Source: Euprymna scolopes
Lineage: Eukaryota
Assembly (NCBI GenBank): GCA_053919585.1
Contig: CM132796.1
DNA length: 64,000 nucleotides
Strand: one strand, 5' to 3'
Below, in pieces: positions 56,470-64,000 of this stretch. Below the pieces are notes generated by a model. That model worked only from the letters and a program-made list of their open reading frames with translations, was not told the DNA's origin and did no database searches. Position 1 is the first letter of the stretch, and each line of letters begins with the position of its first letter. A program made the translations under genes and the position numbers.

Positions 56470-57143
56470 GGCGGAATATCGTTATTGATACAAATGTTAT
56501 TTAATATCACGGAATTGTTTTGGTTTACTATATTCTATTTCTTTCTGAAAATTGCATTATAAAAAATACGCTTTCAATTATTACTATTAGCCATGGCCAC
56601 GTGGTGGCTTATTAAGAATTTGGTAAGCGGACAATTTTTAACAGAGGGGAGAGAGTTCACATTAATATTTACATTAATTTTTTTCTTTTTTTACATATAT
56701 ATATATATATGTATATATATATGTATATGTATATGCTTATACATAAATATGCATATATATATATATGTATATATATATGAACTGAACAATCAGAGAAAAC
56801 AAGTGTTTAAATATTTTATATATATAATATTTAAACACTTTTTTCTCCGATTGTTCACTTTGCATTTTTTAGTTTTCAATGTCGCTGATGAGTTTTCGCT
56901 GACACTTTCCAACCTTTTAATGTTGATTCAGTGCAATTAAACCGCCCGTACGACCTTAAAATATGTATATATAGTGCCGTAATAAATATAGTATCTTCAG
57001 CTCTCACATCCACCATCGAGCACTTTATTGGATTTTTTTCATAGCCTCCTGGCACGCTATATATGTATATAAATAGAAAGAGATTGAGCGAAAAGGATAT
57101 ATGAGAGAGAGAGAGAGAGAATGAGAAACATTGAAAGACTGAA

Positions 57144-57174
<31 letters not shown>

Positions 57175-57241
57175 AAGAGAGTTATTATAAATCTGCCGTA
57201 ATTCTCTCGATTTACAAGCATATTCTCCAAGATATAGCTGG

Positions 57242-57283
<42 letters not shown>

Positions 57284-57288
<5 letters not shown>

Positions 57289-57730
57289 TTACCAGTGGTA
57301 AAAAAAAAAACCGGACTAAAGTGCTCAATGTGTAGTCAGAGCAGTATATAGGAAATTTATTACTGTGAGTCCAGAATGAGTTTACAAATTGTTTCAACTA
57401 GAGGAAAATCCTCAAAGAGAGGAAAAATCCAACTAGCATCATCAGAATTCATAGATGGACTAAGTTATAAAGTCAAATAAAAATGGAAAGATCGTAGATA
57501 AAGGGGAGTTAGAAAAGAAGGGGGAGTGGTGGGGAGAGGACGTTGGAGTTTAAAGTAGTAGGAGTGTATTAAAAAAAAGAGAGGGGTTTATAATTTAATA
57601 TTAATTATGTGTAAATTCTTATATACGTGTTTTTTAACAGTTTAAACTTAAAAGACGCTGCTTTTGTTGATAACGGCATAAGTAACAGTTAATTTAAAGG
57701 ATCACCATGGCAACAGGTTGGAAAGTTAAT
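57284..57730 (-). mobile_element. Hammerhead-bearing short repeat family D
   Basis: Pyrimidine-rich body, HHR, AATAAA, TTGAGCACTTT motif, then (TA)n; 5' boundary approximate. Confidence 0.6.
57376..57452 (-). ncRNA. Type I hammerhead ribozyme, intact core boxes, long stem II
   Basis: AUGAAUU CUGAUGA uGCUAG..UCCUC..GAGGA..CUAGUu GAAA CAA u UUG UA^AACUCAU. Confidence 0.8.
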
Positions 57731-57734
57731 GTTA

Positions 57735-58470
57735 GTGAAGGAACGGGTTGAAAATGGGGTTTAAAGTAATTTAGCCGGGCGGAGAGAGATTGAAAGATAT
57801 TTATTGTTTATAAAATGGAAAGAAAAAGAAAAGGAAAAATAAGTTAATGAATTATACTTTACAGGTTTATTTTAATAGTGTGATGATATATATAATTAAA
57901 TATAATAAATAAATTAGCCGGGCAGGTAGAAATAATACGTTACAGGTTTATTTTAATAAAATAAAATAAAATAGGTGAAGGAACGGGTTGAAAATGGGGT
58001 TTAAAGTAATTTAGCCGGGCGGGGAGAGATTGAAAGATATTTATTGTTTATAAAATGGAAAGAAAAAGAAAAGGAAAAATAAGTTAATGAATTATACTTT
58101 ACAGGTTTATTTTAATAGTGTGATGATATATATAATTAAATATAATAAATAAATTAGCCGGGCAGGTAGAAATAATACGTTACAGGTTTATTTTAATAAA
58201 ATAAAATAAAATAGGTGAAGGAACGGGTTGAAAATGGGGTTTAAAGTAATTTAGCCGGGCGGGGAGAGATTGAAAGATATTTATTGTTTATAAAATGGAA
58301 AGAAAAAGAAAAGGAAAAATAAGTTAATGAATTATACTTTACAGGTTTATTTTGATAGTGTAATGATATATATATAATTAAATATAATATATATATAAAT
58401 AAATAGCCGGGCAGGTAGAAATTATACGTTACAGGTTTATTTTAGTGAAATAAAATAAAATAGGTGAAGG
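57735..58470. repeat. 240-bp tandem repeat, 3 near-identical copies
   Basis: GTGAAGGAACGGGTTGAAAATGGGG at 57735, 57975 and 58215. Confidence 0.95.
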
Positions 58471-59394
58471 CTTAAGTAAGTAACTTAAATAATAGAAAAA
58501 AAAAAAAAAAAAACATTTTTAATAAGTAACACACAAATATAAGCACACGCATAAATATGTACAGCAAATGCACATACGTAAATGGGGGANNNNNNNNNNN
58601 NNNNNNNNNNNNNNNNNNNNNNNNNNNNNNNNNNNNNNNNNNNNNNNNNNNNNNNNNNNNNNNNNNNNNNNNNNNNNNNNNNNNNNNNNNNNNNNNNNNN
58701 NNNNNNNNNNNNNNNNNNNNNNNNNNNNNNNNNNNNNNNNNNNNNNNNNNNNNNNNNNNNNNNNNNNNNNNNNNNNNNNNNNNNNNGAAGTATTCAAATT
58801 TATCATTGTAGCTATTTTCAAAATAATTTTCGGAACGTTATTATCGATTAGAACTATATGTTATGAACTGCCTGTTTAAAATATTTCTCATATGCATAAC
58901 CTCTTCGATCTTACGTATTGGCGATGTTCGCTATCGCAGACATCATATGTTCTGGTGTATTCGTCTATCAAAACAACCGCAACGCTAAAGGTTTGTAATG
59001 AGAAGAAACTGAATTTAATGAGTAAACAATCTATTACATACCCAATAAATACTCTCAACTATAATTATCAGATAAAATGTATGCATCTGTGCGTAGGTTT
59101 CATGTTTAAATATATTCGTCGATGTCCAATTAGAACACTGAATGATTCTCTTATATTTATATCATTTACATCGACTTTTAATGATCAAGCATTGTATTGG
59201 AGTAAACAATAAATAATATAAATATGACTTTTAGATCATTATTTAATAATACATACATATATGAGTACACATATGCGTATAATGCGCCTACGTATATGGA
59301 ATACAACATAAATCCTCCGCAAGGACATATATATAGTCCAACGTTTATAAATTCCTAATGAACCGCCCGCTTAAGTAAACACTTCATCAAACCT

Positions 59395-59478
59395 CCACAC
59401 TAACGTAATGTACTTGCAATAACCCTTATCCCTGAGTTGCTTCCGGGCCTTGATAAGTGATGACCACTGTGTAAAAAA
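59395..59478 (+). mobile_element. Extreme 3' tail of CR1/Zenon-like family B
   Basis: CAATAACCCTTATCCCTGAG...GGGCCTTGATAAG...TGTAAAAAA. Confidence 0.8.
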
Positions 59479-59483
59479 TATAC

Positions 59484-59540
<57 letters not shown>

Positions 59541-59632
59541 AAGAGAGAGATTTGTTATTGTTGTTTTTCAAACGATAAATACGGTTAATATTTTTTTTTA
59601 TTTACTTAGTCGCCTTTTTTTAAAATAATATG

Positions 59633-59706
<74 letters not shown>

Positions 59707-59883
59707 GGGGAGAGAGATGTTTTTATTTGTTTTTGTTAGCGATACTTTCTTGAATAAATTCAAGTATTTATACGAAAGTGCATTTTTACCTAAATGCTTG
59801 TTGGGAATAATTTTCCCATTGACCAATCTGGTACCCCCTTTTAATGGGGAGCGACATATATATTATTTTTAAAATATAATTAT

Positions 59884-59913
59884 CCACTGACACGTGTTTC
59901 GTCGTCCACGACT
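59884..59913 (-). ncRNA. 3' half of a hammerhead motif (family E); 5' half lost in an N gap
   Basis: ..A GUCGU gg ACGAC GAAA CAC GUG UC^AGUGG. Confidence 0.62.
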
Positions 59914-61269
59914 NNNNNNNNNNNNNNNNNNNNNNNNNNNNNNNNNNNNNNNNNNNNNNNNNNNNNNNNNNNNNNNNNNNNNNNNNNNNNNNNNNNNNNN
60001 NNNNNNNNNNNNNNNNNNNNNNNNNNNNNNNNNNNNNNNNNNNTTGATATCTAAGACTTACTTGCTCATTTAGCATAAACCCATACCATGGAAATATAAA
60101 TAACACAAACACTATCAAACTTATTAGATACAAATTTTGCATATAGCTACTTATTTCAGAATAATACATCGAATTAAATACAAATTGAAAAATAAAGTCC
60201 CGCTAAAATTTTGACTTTGATAAACTTTTCATGACCAATTTCAAGGTCATACAAAATGTCGGTTTTGGTTGTTCAAAATATAACAACCAGCTATTGACAA
60301 ATACGACAATGACCTTGCCCATACTTAACTTCTGTGTTCAGCTTTTATTAACAGTTTCACTTAGTTACCTGATTATTAGTCATAGTAATGTAAACGCAAT
60401 GCTATGCACCATCTATATCGAATGTATACCATAGATTGAGAAATCTGACCGTGAAAATAACTTTCTTAGAGGAGATAATAACAAAAGAATGTGAATAATA
60501 ACAAAATATACAGACGAATTTGAATCAAAAACGTAATTGTTTGATTATCTCTTATTTTTATCGTGAGATAAAAAAAAAATCATCAGAGCGACTATATATA
60601 CAATTTTATCAGTTTAGTATACGATATGAATAAAACTATTTCGGTAAAAGAGAAATGTTGTTCTATGATTAGAAGGTGGATATATAATTATTAGAGGATA
60701 AAAGTCATGTGATTGATAGATTTACCTTATATCCTGTTTTAAATTTTGCGATTTTATCATTTACCATTTATTTTTTAAAGCATTTTGTTCGATTGAATGT
60801 TATCGAAATTTATTTAAATTCACAAAATATGTGATTAATATCTTATTAATTGATTTATAAATATAATATAATAAAACAAAGAAATATAACAAATGTATTT
60901 TAAATCAATTCTATGAATGCTAATCTTTTTAAGTAATTCTCGATACTGTAAGTAAGCTACTTGGATGAGAGACGGGATTTGAAGACGACGTAAGAAAGAT
61001 GTGTGTTCATGCAGGTTGACCCCCAAAAACAGAGGGCATTCAATTGTTTTTCTGGGCATTTTACAGTCAACGGAGAAGTCAAAAGGCAAAGACCCTTGTG
61101 TTTTGATACGATTCTTGAATATAATAAGTTATGACCAAGACTTCATTTCATTTCGACAAAACCCTTAGAGACGGGGGCTAATAAGAGTTGGGGCCCGTTT
61201 TTTGGGGTGCCCTGTATTACGTATAATTTTTTGTTACATTGAGCAATCTGAAAAACGAGAGAAAAGTAT

Positions 61270-62050
61270 TAAAGTATAAACTTTTTTGCTAGTAGAATAC
61301 GCAGGGCCACTTGATGGACAGTACTACATTATAGTAGTGGACAATCTCTGTAAGTGACCTGAAGTTTTTATGTTTACAAGCCCAACTACTTACTTTACTA
61401 TAATAACTCTTAATGAATTATTCGCACGGTTCGGAGTGGGCGACTATTTAGAGTCAGATAACAGACCACGGTTTACATCCGTGAACATTTAAAAGTTTAG
61501 AGAGGACTTCCAAATTGACCAGATCACAGTTCTGACTTCTAACGGATTGGCTGAAAGATTTGTGGACATCTTGAAGAGTGCTTTGAAGGAGCCAAGAGGC
61601 AGTCCATCCGAAAAAGCGTTGCAACAATTTCTTCAGGTGTACCGCATAACGCCTAAGGAGAATACACCATCCCACATTCTCGGGTGGAAGTAATGTTCGT
61701 GAGAAAAATACGGCCAGTCTTTGACGAATTATTGCCAAAACAGATACAACCCGAAAAGACAGCTGTTCCCAAGAAAAATTACATGCTAGGATAAAAATAT
61801 TCCCACACATGCACAAAGATAATAGTACTTTCTGGGAGCAAGGAAACAATCAAGAACAGGATCACCACATTACACGCATAAGTAACACTTTAATGGGATA
61901 CCTAAATGCACTTCGAAGGAGTTAACTGAAACTCAGACAGAAGAAGAGACGTTGGGCCTACGGTATGACGCATTTGACCTGGAACCCCATCCAAACTAAT
62001 ACCAAAATATGTCGTGCCGGCAGTAACAGGAAACTGACGGACCCCTTGAC
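61270..62050 (+). pseudogene. Ty3/Gypsy integrase relic
   Basis: VEYAGPLDGQYYIIVVD..K*PEV, LFARFGV...SDN..FT and SNGLAERFVDILKSALK motifs. Confidence 0.9.
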
Positions 62051-62059
62051 GTAGTTTAC

Positions 62060-63830
62060 GCGAATGCTCAGGGAAGGCTGGTCGTGGTTGATTTTATCGT
62101 TAAAAGCGGTAATTTCCAGATTGCGGCAGTTCATGCGACCAATATCGCTAGCGAGATGGTTTCCTTTTTTCTGCGTGTGGGGGTGCTTCTCTCGGGTCTG
62201 GAGCGAGGTGTTTACGGGGAACTGGTGTGCCACTCTGGACCCAAGATAGATAATGTATAGTTCGGGGTTCTGTCGGAGGACTTATTTGGACAGAATGTTA
62301 GTTAGAAGAGACGACGTAGATTTTCTATCTTGTTCCATGTTCCACGGGCTCGATCATTCGGACTATACATTAGTTATGCTTTATTTAAAATTAAGTTATA
62401 GGTCAACTTTGGCTGGACACTGGAAGTTTAACGCATCTTTGCAGTAGAGAGTCGACCTCCGGGAACAGATAACGATACCAATTCAGCGGGAGTTAGTGGG
62501 CCGGTTATCGAGACTCTCTGGTGAGTTAAGCTCCCACATCTTCGGGGATCTATGGTCTGCCTTCCGAAATGTATTTGAGATTGTCGCCTATTTTTGTTCC
62601 TCTTCTGAAGGATGTGTTTACTGACTGGATTGTTCAGGGATCTATCCCTGGGCAGGTTACCAAACAAGGGGTCACATTACTGAAGAAAAGTGATCGGCAT
62701 GTTGGGAAGGACTTTGATAATTATAGGCCCATCACTCTGCTAAACACAAAGTTGAAAACTTTGGCACGAGTTCTTGTAAACCGTCTGCAGGGTTGTATAT
62801 GCGACTTGGTCGAACTGAATCAGAACTCCGTAGTGAAAGGGAGATCAAATTAAAACAACTTGCTCTTTGTGCGCACAACCATAGAGGGGATAGAAGACGA
62901 CAGAAAAGCTGCGCTGATCAATTTAGTCTAGTCCAAAGTTTTCGATAAGATCGACCATGGATTCTTGGAATCTGTTATAGAGACTGTAAGTATTGGTCTG
63001 GGCGTTCGCAGGTGGATCTCTGTTCTGTATCTCGGACCGACGGTAGTGGTGCAGATTAACGGTAGGCTCTCGTAGTCGTTTAGGGTCTCTCGGTCGGATC
63101 GTCAGAGTTGTTTTCTGTCGCGTCTGCTTTATGTCCTGGCGTAAGTGTTCTTTCTTCACAGATTAACGTACGATGCGACGAAACACATCCTGCACGGTAT
63201 TGATCTACCTGATGGAAAACGTGTCAGGGTGTCTGCATACGTCGATAGTATAGCCGTGAGCGTCTCAAGATGCAGCATGAAAGCGGTGCCGTAGGCGCTC
63301 GCTGAGTATGAAAACGTCACAGGGGCAACTTTTTATCAATGCAGGTCTGATGGCCTGCGGTTGGAAACCTTGTCGAGGGTTCGGAAACTTTCAGGTGATT
63401 TCAGCTAGTCCGATAGCGCGGTCCGTAGGATGAAACAACGGATCATGCATAGTTCTTTTTCTCTCGACTTCAGAGGCTATGTAATTCCGTCAGAGAGGTT
63501 ACGCCCCGCATCGACTTCGAACCCTCAGTTCCCCCTTGATTAGTATACACCATTGACAACATGAACCTGCCGTTAACAAGGGACAAACAAATGGCGTTTC
63601 TAATGATCGTATCAGTAGCTAGTATAGTGACGTGGACAGCATGTCTTGATGCAATCCATGGTGTTTGATCTGCTTCTGATCGGGATCTGTTTGCTTACTT
63701 AAAGCTGATGCTTAAAGTAAAGATCATATGCGATTTGAAAAGGTTAAGGTCAAAGATCGTTTTGGATTAGGGTTAGATAGAGGAACCACTTCGAGTGAAA
63801 AGGTTTATAAGTTCTAGACGCAAGTAAGTA
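62060..63830 (+). pseudogene. L1/Tx1-clade LINE ORF2 relic with internal deletions
   Basis: GRLVVVD (APE), TYLDR, DHSD, GHWKFNASL, NYRPITLLNT.LK.LA, SKVFDKIDH and VSAYVDSI (decayed YADD). Confidence 0.87.
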
Positions 63831-64000
63831 TGAATGTTGTCCCTGTCCCTGTTTAAATTGGTTTCGGGACAGCTTCAAAAGATTCCTATTCCAACCTTAA
63901 CTTTGCCCCCGGTATGTTACCATTCTACGTCCATTTATTTTGGAAGACAACATCCATTCCCAATTTTCCCATCCCCGTCTAATTTGTTTTTGAATGATTA

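Overview
AT-rich, gene-poor eukaryotic (invertebrate animal-like) draft scaffold with 10 N-gaps and many (TA)n microsatellites. No intact host protein-coding gene is recognisable; the window is mostly decayed transposons. These include two copies of a DD34E Tc1 element, two mariner relics, a Helitron with a Rep fragment and a nested 1.1 kb foldback element, non-autonomous Helitrons, CR1/Zenon-like LINEs (one near full length), Penelope-like GIY-YIG relics, a Gypsy integrase, a Tx1/L1 fragment and a 3 kb minisatellite. The most notable signal is non-coding. About a dozen type I hammerhead ribozyme (HHR) motifs, read by eye, sit in at least six short repeat families that nearly all abut (TA)n tracts. 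Two families join a tRNA-like Pol III head to the ribozyme, and three elements share an 11-nt motif. This suggests a set of ribozyme-bearing non-autonomous retroelements mobilised by Penelope-like elements. That interpretation is inference; no database search or folding program was run.
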